From an uncultured Acidobacteriota bacterium (GTDB taxonomy: Bacteria; Acidobacteriota; UBA6911): a DNA stretch of 64,000 nucleotides. Shown here piece by piece: positions 1 to 8,547 of the stretch. Position 1 is the first letter of the stretch, and every line of letters starts with the position of its first letter. The DNA is taken from contig CAWEJX010000007.1 of NCBI GenBank assembly GCA_963809485.1, positions 256,001 to 320,000 on the forward strand, given 5' to 3'. The notes below the pieces were generated by a model. The model had not been told where the DNA came from and did not search any database. It saw nothing but the letters and a program-made list of their open reading frames with translations. A program made the translations under genes and the position numbers.

Positions 1-2
1 AG

Positions 3-1688
3 ATGTCGGACCAGGTTCTGGATGCCATGGATCTGGAGCGGGAGCGCGGCATCACCATTAAAGCGCACTCCGTCCGTCTGAATTACTGTGCCGCAAACGG
101 CGAGGACTATATCCTCAACCTGATCGACACGCCGGGGCACGTAGATTTCTCCTATGAAGTCTCCCGGAGCCTTTCAGCCTGCGAGGGCGCACTGCTCGTC
201 GTGGACGCTTCCCAGGGCGTCGAGGCTCAGACCCTCGCCAACACCTACCTGGCCCTGGATCACCACCTCGAGATCGTGCCCGTCATCAACAAAATCGATT
301 TGCCGGGCGCGGAAATCCCGCGCATCAGGGACCAGATAGAAAATATCATCGGGCTGGACGCCAAGGACGCCATTCTTGCCAGCGCCAAGGAGGGAATCGG
401 CACCGAAGAAATCCTTGAGGCGATCGTGCACCGGCTGCCTCCGCCGCAGGGTGAGTATGACCGGCCGCTGAAGGCTTTGATTTTCGACTCCTGGTTCGAT
501 TCCTATCGGGGAGTGATCGTGCAGGTGCGCGTCATCGACGGCACGCTGCGCAAGGGGCAGAAGATCCGGATGGTCGCAACCGCCCAGGTCTTCACCGTCG
601 AGCAGGTGGGCGTCCTCACCCCCAAGCTCCTGGAGGTGGAGGAGCTGTCGGTGGGGGAGGTGGGTTATGTGATCGCCAACATCAAGCGTGTCGCCGACAC
701 ACGCATCGGGGACACCGTCACGGAGGACGCCCGGCCGACGCCCGAGCCTTTCCCCGGATTCCAGGAAGTGAAGCCCATGGTTTTTGCGGGGCTCTACCCG
801 ACCGACAATGCTTACTATGAGGCTCTCCGCGACGCTCTCTCGAAGCTGCAGCTGAATGATTCGGCCTTTTATTATGAACCGGACACATCGGGCGCCCTGG
901 GATTCGGATTCCGCTGCGGCTTTCTCGGACTGCTGCACATGGAGATCGTGCAGGAACGCCTGGAGCGCGAATTCAACCTTTCATTGATCACTACGGCTCC
1001 GGGGGTGCGGTACCGTATTACGACGCACAAAGGCGAAACGTTTGAAATTCACAATCCCTCGAAGCTTCCGGAAGCAGGCGAGATCGCCAAATTCGAAGAG
1101 CCGATGATCAAGGCCATGATTCTCACCAACGACGAGTACGTCGGACCGATTCTCAAACTGGCCGAGGAAAAACGCGGAGTGCAGAAGGGCTTCGAATACA
1201 TCACGAAGAACCGGGTCCTGATCACCTACGAGCTCCCGCTGAACGAGATCGTCCTGGATTTTTACGACCGGATGAAATCGGCATCCAGAGGCTATGCCTC
1301 TCTGGACTACCATTTTTGCGGATACCAGGAATCCCGTCTGGTCCGGCTGGATATCCTGGTGTCCGGAGAGCCGGTGGATGCGCTCTCCCTGATTGTTCAT
1401 CAGGACACGTCCGTGGTTCGGGGGAGAGCCCTGGCAGCAAAAATGAAGGAGCTGATTCCCCGGCAAATGTTCGAGGTTGTCATACAGGCTGCCATCGGCA
1501 ACAAAATCCTGGCGCGTGAAGTGGTCCGGCCCATGCGGAAGAACGTGCTGGCAAAGTGCTACGGGGGCGACATCACGAGAAAAAGAAAGCTGCTGGAAAA
1601 ACAAAAGGAAGGCAAAAAGCGGATGAAGCGTCTGGGCAAGGTCGAAATTCCGCAGGAAGCGTTCCTGGCAATCCTAAAAGTGGAGTGA
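3..1688 (+). CDS. lepA: Elongation factor 4 (LepA), 5' end outside the window
   Basis: [24 protein letters not shown] GTPase motifs; C-terminal [25 protein letters not shown]; the P-loop-containing N-terminus is missing. Confidence 0.98.
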   Translation: MSDQVLDAMDLERERGITIKAHSVRLNYCAANGEDYILNLIDTPGHVDFSYEVSRSLSACEGALLVVDASQGVEAQTLANTYLALDHHLEIVPVINKIDLPGAEIPRIRDQIENIIGLDAKDAILASAKEGIGTEEILEAIVHRLPPPQGEYDRPLKALIFDSWFDSYRGVIVQVRVIDGTLRKGQKIRMVATAQVFTVEQVGVLTPKLLEVEELSVGEVGYVIANIKRVADTRIGDTVTEDARPTPEPFPGFQEVKPMVFAGLYPTDNAYYEALRDALSKLQLNDSAFYYEPDTSGALGFGFRCGFLGLLHMEIVQERLEREFNLSLITTAPGVRYRITTHKGETFEIHNPSKLPEAGEIAKFEEPMIKAMILTNDEYVGPILKLAEEKRGVQKGFEYITKNRVLITYELPLNEIVLDFYDRMKSASRGYASLDYHFCGYQESRLVRLDILVSGEPVDALSLIVHQDTSVVRGRALAAKMKELIPRQMFEVVIQAAIGNKILAREVVRPMRKNVLAKCYGGDITRKRKLLEKQKEGKKRMKRLGKVEIPQEAFLAILKVE

Positions 1689-1808
1689 AGTCTAGCCGAG
1701 GAAAAGAAGCCGGGAAAAAAGGAATCATGAAGTCTGTACTTCAGTTTTAAACTGGGAACTCTGAACTGGAAACTGAATTTCTTGAACCATTCAGATATAC
1801 AATTTCCC

Positions 1809-1841
1809 AGGTAATTGACCGGCCAATCGCTGCCTATTTTT
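1809..1841. repeat. Left end of element: AGGTA direct repeat plus two inverted-repeat boxes
   Basis: AGGTA|ATTGACCGGCCAA|TC|GCTGCCTATTTTT; the inner box contains the recombinase stop codon. Confidence 0.8.
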
Positions 1842-2982
1842 CTTCTCCAGCCGATCCTGAAGGGTGGAGTTTTTTCAGTTTGCTTGACACCTTGGCAAGC
1901 CGATTGATGAGGCGCTGCATTGTAAGCTGTTGTTTTGAAGCGTTGAGGCCTCGCCGATTCATTTCGAGGAAGTGCATCGCATCGGCAATGCACTGGAGAG
2001 CACGGATATGAGGGTGTACGGATTGGTTACGGGGATTGCTGCGTTGCGGCAGCTGGTAGAGGTTGGCCAGGTTGGCTCGGGCCGAACTATATTCGCGTTG
2101 TAGATCTACCTGACTCACCTCTACATAACGCATTGTCATTTCGATTTTTGTATGTCCGAGGAGTGTTTTGACTGCAGGCAGGCTGGCGCCGCCGCGGAGC
2201 ATCTCGGTCGCAAAAGTATGTCTCATTTGATGCGTCGTGATTCGGGACGCACTGCAGTTTGCTTTTCGGGCCGCTTTCCTGATCATCGCGACCATTTGGC
2301 TATACGAAGGACGGGAGCCATCTTCGCGCATTAGCAAGAAGGTGGATAATTTTCTGGCCTTAGCCGGGGCTCGATTGCGCAAATCATCGAGGTGTTCAAT
2401 AAGACTACGGCTATGGGCGTCCAAGGGAACCAATCTTTCCGTATGCATCTTGCCGAGAGGGACGCGGATTGCCCACTGTTGATCGCCCAGATCCCGGAAG
2501 CAATCGACTGCGAGATTCAAACATTCACCAACGCGCATACCGGTGGCACGCATGAGAAGCAGCGCAGTTGCTTCAACGGTGCCTTTTTTGCGGAGTTCTT
2601 CGCAAATGAGGCGATCATCTTCGGGCGAGAGGGGCCGGGGAAGGTACTTGTCCAGGTGTGGGAAGTCTCGGCGAACGATGAGGTTTTCTCTTATTCGGTC
2701 TATTCCTTCATCGGCAAGGTCGCGAAGGCACTTGCGTAGCTCATAGAGTTGGTGGAGACGGGTGCAGGTTCGGGAGCTGGCCAAAGTTGAGATCCATCCG
2801 AGGATATGCGGATCCCGCCTGAGTTGGGAGAGCTTATGAATCTCGGGGTGGTTTTGTTTGAGGAAGCGCATGAAGCCATTCAAAGTGCTTCGATACCGAT
2901 ACATCGTGTTTGGCCTGTGAACAATAGCAAGACTCTGAAGATAGGAATCGAAGATCTGTTGAATAGTGCGCGGTTTACTCAT
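1834..2982 (-). CDS. Tyrosine recombinase (XerC/D-like) #2
   Basis: Catalytic set TGMRVGE, GK, HQMRH, LLGH, MTMRY; ATG at 2982 overlaps the upstream stop. Confidence 0.93.
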   Translation of the reverse strand: MSKPRTIQQIFDSYLQSLAIVHRPNTMYRYRSTLNGFMRFLKQNHPEIHKLSQLRRDPHILGWISTLASSRTCTRLHQLYELRKCLRDLADEGIDRIRENLIVRRDFPHLDKYLPRPLSPEDDRLICEELRKKGTVEATALLLMRATGMRVGECLNLAVDCFRDLGDQQWAIRVPLGKMHTERLVPLDAHSRSLIEHLDDLRNRAPAKARKLSTFLLMREDGSRPSYSQMVAMIRKAARKANCSASRITTHQMRHTFATEMLRGGASLPAVKTLLGHTKIEMTMRYVEVSQVDLQREYSSARANLANLYQLPQRSNPRNQSVHPHIRALQCIADAMHFLEMNRRGLNASKQQLTMQRLINRLAKVSSKLKKLHPSGSAGEEK

Positions 2983-4033
2983 CGAAGGAAGCACTCCGGA
3001 GTTGGGCCAACGCTTGCGATCGCTTTTCGACGGCGCGGTGATATTCCCGCCAGACATCCTGGGGAGACAATTCCACGTAGAGCATGGTCGTGTGAATCTG
3101 AGAATGACCCATGAGTCGCATCAGTGCGGGTACTGAAACGCCGGCACGGATCATGTCGGCACCGAAGGTGTGGCGGAACCGATGCGGGTGGGCGTTGATC
3201 GTTTGAGTCGCACGTCGATGGTGACGAAACAACGAACGCAGGCCGGCGGATGTCATCGGTTGGCCGCGCCGCCATCCCTTGAGAGAAAGAAACAGGAGGG
3301 GCGACCCGAAAGCAGGCCGTTCGAATTCGAGATAACGCCTAAGAACCCGAATGATCGCATCTGCCAATGGCAGAACCCGCTGTCTGTTTCCTTTGCCACG
3401 AACAAAGATCTGAGTCTCGGAAAGCCGCAAATCTTCGAGCCGGAGTTGGATCGTTTCATGGGAACGCAGGCCGTTAAAAAGCATCAATCCCACGAGACTG
3501 AGGTCACGGAAGGTGCGAAAGCTGGACCAGAAACGTGAAACTTCATCAGGCTGGAGGGGGATGACGACTTTTCGAGGTTGTCGTAACCGCAGTCCCGCGA
3601 TTGCGGTGCTGGGTTTTCCTATGCCCATTGGACTTCGTCTCTTGTATCGGGTTTGCACACTGGCGCGAGTTCTGGGGACTTCCTTCTGGTAGTAGAATCG
3701 GTACAGGGATCGGACAACCACCAAACGATGATTGACCGTAGGCGGCGACGGCTTGGGTTCGTTTTCAAGTTGGTATCGAACGTAATCGAGCAGACGAAGC
3801 TCGTTGAGAGTGGATAGACTCGGCCAGCGAGAACCGTGTAACCACCAACGGACGAAGTTCAACAGATCGAACCCATACGAGCGCAAGGAACGGACGGAAA
3901 GGTTGCGCAGGTACTGGGCATCCAGAAAATCATTGATGAAACGGACCGGCTGGTCCTTAGAATCCAAGAGTTGATAGGGAGACATGCCCGCAGGGCCGGA
4001 TGGGTAACGAATGAGATGAAAAGGCGGGGTCAT
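2975..4033 (-). CDS. Tyrosine recombinase (XerC/D-like) #1
   Basis: GLRSHE, GKG, HRFRH, LMGH, TTMLY; ATGA overlap with the primase stop; GGAGG upstream. Confidence 0.93.
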   Translation of the reverse strand: MTPPFHLIRYPSGPAGMSPYQLLDSKDQPVRFINDFLDAQYLRNLSVRSLRSYGFDLLNFVRWWLHGSRWPSLSTLNELRLLDYVRYQLENEPKPSPPTVNHRLVVVRSLYRFYYQKEVPRTRASVQTRYKRRSPMGIGKPSTAIAGLRLRQPRKVVIPLQPDEVSRFWSSFRTFRDLSLVGLMLFNGLRSHETIQLRLEDLRLSETQIFVRGKGNRQRVLPLADAIIRVLRRYLEFERPAFGSPLLFLSLKGWRRGQPMTSAGLRSLFRHHRRATQTINAHPHRFRHTFGADMIRAGVSVPALMRLMGHSQIHTTMLYVELSPQDVWREYHRAVEKRSQALAQLRSASFDE

Positions 4034-5037
4034 ACACATTGTGCTTCCTCCAGACATCTTGTGAAATCAGCAGCGGTGGCTCCGGAAACAAAGAAACTAT
4101 TGGGATCATGGTTTTCCGGAAGCGGTACGATCTTCGATTGCAGACCGGCCTCCCGGAGTTGCCGTGCCAGTTTCAAAGCAGCGCGTTGACCGGCAGCATT
4201 CGTATCCGAGTCAAAAGCAATGAAGATCTGTCTATTGAGATCGTCGCATAGTTGGGCAAACTGCTTGCCTGTCAGGTGGCAGCCGAGAGCGCTGGTTGTA
4301 TTGCGAAAGCCAGCCTGCCAGAGAACCGCAAGATCGAAAAGGCCTTCCACCAGGATAACGTTGGGAGCATTGTGAATCGACTCCCATGCGACCAGGCCGA
4401 TCCTAACACGAGGCAGAAATCGATGTGGCGGCGGGGGACCGATGCTGCGTCCGTACAGATTGACGATGCGGTTCTGATCGAGACAAGGAAAGACGATGCG
4501 GTGAAAGAAGGTGTCATGCCCCTTTTGATTTATCAATCCAAGATTCACGAGCCGGTCGTAATTGTGGCCGCATACCGATAACAGGTGCCCACGCAAACTG
4601 CCGCCTGGCGCATAGCCCAATCGAAGGTGACGTAATATCTCTGGATCCCGCAATCCGCGTTGGTGAAGATAGTTCATCGCTTCCTGGTGGTGCTGCAACT
4701 GATACTGGTAAAAAGCGACCGTATCGCGGAGGAGGTCGTCATCACCCCTGAGCTTGTCCCATTCTCCGGCCAGCCGTGCGACGCTATCGCGGAAAGAAAG
4801 GTTGAAGTAGACCTGGACGAAGCGAATCAAGTCGCCGCCATAGCCACAGCCATGGCAGTGAAAAAGATTTTTCTCGGCGTTGACATAGAACGACGGCTGG
4901 GTCTCGGAGTGCAGCGGGCACAATCCAACATATTCGTTCCCTGAACCCACAGGACGGCCAGTCCAATTGAGGCGTTTGAGATAATCCAACAGTGGAAGAT
5001 CGCGCTTAAGTTTTTCCACTTCCTTGCAGTTTGCCAT
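4030..5037 (-). CDS. DnaG-like primase (CHC2 zinc finger + TOPRIM), no C-terminal helicase-binding domain
   Basis: CPLH...CHGC zinc finger; VEGLFD and FDSD TOPRIM acidic motifs; DPN motif; about 335 aa. Confidence 0.92.
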   Translation of the reverse strand: MANCKEVEKLKRDLPLLDYLKRLNWTGRPVGSGNEYVGLCPLHSETQPSFYVNAEKNLFHCHGCGYGGDLIRFVQVYFNLSFRDSVARLAGEWDKLRGDDDLLRDTVAFYQYQLQHHQEAMNYLHQRGLRDPEILRHLRLGYAPGGSLRGHLLSVCGHNYDRLVNLGLINQKGHDTFFHRIVFPCLDQNRIVNLYGRSIGPPPPHRFLPRVRIGLVAWESIHNAPNVILVEGLFDLAVLWQAGFRNTTSALGCHLTGKQFAQLCDDLNRQIFIAFDSDTNAAGQRAALKLARQLREAGLQSKIVPLPENHDPNSFFVSGATAADFTRCLEEAQCV

Positions 5038-5420
5038 CAGAGCCTCCGGACGGGAACGCCTGTTCGGCCGCAAATGATGCAGGCGATACGTTCGAGAGGG
5101 TTTGCTCTCGCAGATCCGACGTTCCCTGACTTTGATGGATCGATCCTGACATTACTGTCTTGGCTTCTGGAACCCTGATACGTCACGCTTTTTTTATTGG
5201 ACTGGCGCAGACGATAGTTGCGCTGGTGGTCTCGATGGTCGAGTTTGCCTAAGGGACTTTGCCGGTAGCGTCTATTCGCTTCGCGCAGTTGGTGCCGGCG
5301 GGCGCGGTCCCGACATGCCTGACTGCAGTAGTGCTGTCCGCGATCGCAGTGACTGCAGATATGGAATATCTTGCCGCACCCCGCGGCATGGCAAGATCGT
5401 TGCCGGAGGATGAGTTCCAG
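5037..5420 (-). CDS. Cys-rich putative zinc-binding protein, 127 aa (not in ORF track; CTG start)
   Basis: Manual translation LELILRQRSCHAAGCGKIFHICSHCDRGQHYCSQACRDRARRHQLREANRRYRQ...VTYQGS...ACIICGRTGVPVRRL*; TGA overlaps the primase ATG; AAGGA about 10 nt upstream of CTG. Confidence 0.75.
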   Translation of the reverse strand: MELILRQRSCHAAGCGKIFHICSHCDRGQHYCSQACRDRARRHQLREANRRYRQSPLGKLDHRDHQRNYRLRQSNKKSVTYQGSRSQDSNVRIDPSKSGNVGSARANPLERIACIICGRTGVPVRRL

Positions 5421-5494
5421 GGGCCAATCGTCCTTTCCCGAAGGCGGGACTCGACAACGGCCCCCATGTCATGGCACGCTAAAGACGACTTTGG

Positions 5495-5562
5495 TTCTGG
5501 GAGCTTTAACCGGGCTCTTGGAATTTAGCCTCGATCGTTACAGCGGTCGGGGCTTTCTTTTT
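5495..5562 (+). terminator. Two hairpins plus U-tract on the strand antisense to the element genes
   Basis: AGCCTCGATCG...CGGTCGGGGCT followed by TTCTTTTT; stems need G-U pairs that exist only on the + strand. Confidence 0.55.
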
Positions 5563-5667
5563 CCGCCTTTCACGCCGCCACGATATCACCACCAGGGCTC
5601 AAGAAATCTATTGCAGTTACCCAGAAGCAAAGAACACGGCTGAATAAAAGAGAAACCAGCTGAAAGA

Positions 5668-5730
5668 AAAAATAGGCAGCCACTCCTGGGCTGGTTTAGA
5701 AAAAACGACATTTTGGCCGGTTAATAGGTA
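5668..5730. repeat. Right end of element: two inverted-repeat boxes plus AGGTA direct repeat
   Basis: AAAAATAGGCAGC (5668-5680), 32-nt spacer, TTGGCCGGTTAAT (5713-5725), AGGTA (5726-5730). Confidence 0.8.
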
Positions 5731-5863
5731 AGTATCTTTTACATGGTTTTTGATATTGTTATACCCTATACCGATGTCTGAACGCCGTTGGAGGCATTCG
5801 GGCGTGGCAGCTCAAATAAGATATAAGGACGGTCCTTCATCCGGCCGATCAGAAGGGCATTCC

Positions 5864-6268
5864 ATGGGGGAACCAAGGCATATGCGACCTAAATACCTCA
5901 TCCTGCGGGATTGCCAGGGCAAAGGGCTCTTTGGCTGTCTGTTGTCGCTTGTCCTGATGGGAGTGGCGATCTTCCTGGCTATCAAGCTCGGCCCCATGTA
6001 TTACGCGAACTACAACCTGGAAGCCGACGTCGAAACCGAAGCAAGCCGCGCAGGAGCCCGTTTCCTCGACAATGACACGATCATCAACGACATCCTGGTC
6101 ATGGCGAAAAAAAACGAAATTAGGCTCACGAAGGAAAACGTCACCGTGGAGCGTTTTGCCGGCCAGATCCACATCGAGATACGCTATGCCGTTCCGGCCG
6201 ATTTCTTGTTCTTCAAGCGGGACATGAATTTTGAAATATCGGCTTCGAGCTTCATCGGCACATTGTGA
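5864..6268 (+). CDS. DUF4845-like single-TM protein
   Basis: Pilin-like N-terminal hydrophobic segment (QGKGLFGCLLSLVLMGVAIFLAIKLGPMYY); size and lepA neighbourhood fit; start uncertain. Confidence 0.6.
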   Translation: MGEPRHMRPKYLILRDCQGKGLFGCLLSLVLMGVAIFLAIKLGPMYYANYNLEADVETEASRAGARFLDNDTIINDILVMAKKNEIRLTKENVTVERFAGQIHIEIRYAVPADFLFFKRDMNFEISASSFIGTL

Positions 6269-6356
6269 CGCTTCAGCCTCCCCGGCCATCGCCCGATTCT
6301 TGATACATACTTAAGCAACCGCGTATCCAAGGAATTTACGAAAAGCTCTTACGAAC

Positions 6357-6437
6357 CGCAGAATGTCGAATAATGAATGATGAATTTCGAAGTCCGGCCC
6401 AAACTTCTGCGGTTCGACATTCGTCATTCGATATTCG
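6357..6437. repeat. Inverted pair of degenerate heptamer arrays
   Basis: GAATGTCGAATAATGAATGATGAATTTCGAAGT facing ACTTCTGCGGTTCGACATTCGTCATTCGATATTCG, between convergent genes. Confidence 0.6.
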
Positions 6438-6480
6438 TATTTGCTGCCTCGCCGGCAGAACCGGGGGATAGCCCTGCATA

Positions 6481-7156
6481 TTAGGTAGCATACACAACCT
6501 CAAGACCCATCATGTCGGCCAGCTCCTGCATCTCCCGGGTATAATCCCCGTATACCATGGATAGATGGCTTCCAAAATCGCTCAGCTTACGCAAGCATTC
6601 CCGGGCATCAGGAACTTTTAAATGGGCTGCCAGCGAACAACCGATCAGGGTGCCTTTGTTGAAGCCGGTGCAGCCAATAACTTCGCCCTTTGCGAGATAC
6701 ATCTTTGTCCGGCTCCAGCCTGGCCAGCCGTTCCGGATGAATCCAGAAGTCTTCGGAATACTCCAGGAGCACCGGGTCCAGCAACTGCATATCCGGGCCC
6801 AGGTTTTCTCTGAGTTCTTTTGCAAATTCCTTCACACCGGTTTCCGCGTCGGCCCTCTCCTGCTCCGGTGTCCTGCCGTATGCCAGGCTCCACCATGCCG
6901 CCACGTCGATCATGTTTTCAGTCTTAGCCGACTTCGGCCTTTCTCCGACTGAAGGCCGGCACGGCCCTAAACAAACATCGGTATGGATGATGGGAGAATA
7001 GACCGGTTTGACGGCAAGTTTGATATCCAGAGGACGGTCTATCGGTCCTTTGGCAAATTCAGTCCGCTGCGGAGGATCCTTCGCATTCGCAGAATTTGAA
7101 AGCACCAGGGATCCTGCAGCAACGCCGACGCTTCCCAGAAAATCCCGTCTTTTCAT
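6481..7156 (-). pseudogene. Tat-exported L-fucose/sugar isomerase-like protein, internally deleted
   Basis: Twin-arginine signal MKRRDFL; C-terminal HLSMVYGDY...ADMMGLEV motif is in another frame, joined near 6703. Confidence 0.55.
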
Positions 7157-7218
7157 GATTCATTCTCCAAGTGAGGTTTGGAAAAGCTGATCGTAAATTC
7201 TCGTGCCAATGAGTCCTG

Positions 7219-7995
7219 CTACTGCTTGACGGCGGTATACGTGGTGGTGGCGCCTTGCACCTTGTTCTCCCTCCTGATAGACATGGTCTTCCCGTCAGCG
7301 GACACTGTATCGTGAATCACGCTCACAATCTTCCCGTCCTGTTTAATGGTTGAAACGATCGAGCGGTCGTCTGCCTTTGTCAGCGAGACCGTAATGCCGG
7401 GAGGAACCCCTTTGATCGGATAGTCCTTGCCGTCAAATTTTACATCGAACAATTCGCCGGTGGAATCCGAGTACATCAAGCCATCGCCTGTGCTTTTAAA
7501 CGTGAATGTCAGTGCGTTTTCTGAAGCCTCAACCTTCTGTATGCGCCAGGAGCCTGAGGCAGCATGCGATCCCGATGGACCGGCGGCGACGCGGATATAA
7601 CTTTCCTTCGCCGTAATCGGCTGCTTGCTTGCAAGAGGGTACTCGGTGTACTCAAGCGTGGTGGTTTTGCCGTCTGGAGAAACGGCGCTCCTGGACGACT
7701 CGACAACTCTCCCATCCTTTTTGCCAACGGTCTCCACTATTCTGTCGTTTACGACCTTGACAGCCAACGTGTCGAGGTCTTTGGATCCGGGCACAGCCTG
7801 GTCTGTGCCGTCAGCTTTGACGTTGATCTTCGGCACCGCGCTGGGGATTTGAAACCTTCCGTCCTGCAGCACGATAACCGTAGGCTTGTCCGGGAATTTG
7901 GCCGTGTTCAGGTCAACCCTCCAGGTGCCGTCAAACGGACTTTGTGCTGCCCAGGCGAAGACCGGCAGCAGCATTGAAAGCCATAATCTCTTCAT
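7219..7995 (-). CDS. Secreted beta-rich protein with two internal repeats (lipocalin-like)
   Basis: Signal peptide MKRLWLSMLLPVFAWA; GTW/GSW and VSPDGKT/VSADGKT repeated. Confidence 0.75.
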   Translation of the reverse strand: MKRLWLSMLLPVFAWAAQSPFDGTWRVDLNTAKFPDKPTVIVLQDGRFQIPSAVPKINVKADGTDQAVPGSKDLDTLAVKVVNDRIVETVGKKDGRVVESSRSAVSPDGKTTTLEYTEYPLASKQPITAKESYIRVAAGPSGSHAASGSWRIQKVEASENALTFTFKSTGDGLMYSDSTGELFDVKFDGKDYPIKGVPPGITVSLTKADDRSIVSTIKQDGKIVSVIHDTVSADGKTMSIRRENKVQGATTTYTAVKQ

Positions 7996-8033
7996 TTTCT
8001 TTCCCCTTTCTGAGTGAAATGTGTTTTTTGAGA

Positions 8034-8261
8034 CTACGGGATCGTAATAAACGGACATCCTGGGACAGAGTCGATCAGCGCCGACATAAGGCGCAGTACC
8101 AGGACAGTCCCGCAAACCAGAACGATAAAACATGCGACGATGAACCAAAGGAGAAAGGCGTTCAGTATCCAGGCTGCCAGGCGTCTGGCATCAGGCGCTT
8201 GTATCTGCCAGCGCTGCCTCAGCGCCTCGCCGATCGGGATCAGATCTCCTTCATCCGGCAT
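8034..8261 (-). CDS. Small membrane protein
   Basis: Long hydrophobic segment; co-oriented with neighbours. Confidence 0.4.
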   Translation of the reverse strand: MPDEGDLIPIGEALRQRWQIQAPDARRLAAWILNAFLLWFIVACFIVLVCGTVLVLRLMSALIDSVPGCPFITIP

Positions 8262-8311
8262 GCGATCTCCAGAGTTGTTTCACAGACGCTGTGTAAAAAC
8301 CGTAGAGCCGA

Positions 8312-8512
8312 TCATTCTTCGGGCTCCTCTTCCGGTCCGTTCCGTTTTTTGTCTATCCTGGCGAGGATGCCCCAGAGTTCCTCGATTGTGTCAAACGCCC
8401 GCTTCCCTTCCGTGCCTACCTGTTCGACCGTTCCCACAAACCGGTGGGCACTGCGCCTGTTATGGCGGTAGATCCGGACAATGTAATCGTCCGAGAAAGC
8501 CGATCGCGTCAT
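8312..8512 (-). CDS. Small hypothetical protein downstream of the BTAD regulator
   Basis: 66 aa, YIVRIYR...VGTVE...AFDTIEELWGIL; co-oriented directly after the regulator. Confidence 0.6.
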   Translation of the reverse strand: MTRSAFSDDYIVRIYRHNRRSAHRFVGTVEQVGTEGKRAFDTIEELWGILARIDKKRNGPEEEPEE

Positions 8513-8547
8513 GGGGCTAATAAAAACCCGGATGACTCACAGATGGC

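Larger units (their letters stand above)
1814..5725 (-). mobile_element. Integrative element with a primase and two tyrosine recombinases
   Basis: Ends ATTGACCGGCCAA (1814-1826) and TTGGCCGGTTAAT (5713-5725) are 12/13 inverted; a second perfect 13-bp inverted pair at 1829-1841 and 5668-5680; AGGTA directly repeated at 1809-1813 and 5726-5730; four overlapping minus-strand genes. Confidence 0.85.

Noticed and set aside
1834-4033. Chromosomal xerC/xerD, integron integrase or RIT element
   Set aside because: Coupled to a primase inside inverted ends; only two recombinases; no attC-like cassette array seen.
4030-5037. Housekeeping dnaG
   Set aside because: Too short, lacks the C-terminal domain, and is not in an rpsU-dnaG-rpoD context.
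5249-5643. Short ORF-track calls in the element's right end
   Set aside because: Alternative frames of the Cys-rich gene or non-coding leader; no motifs or coupling.
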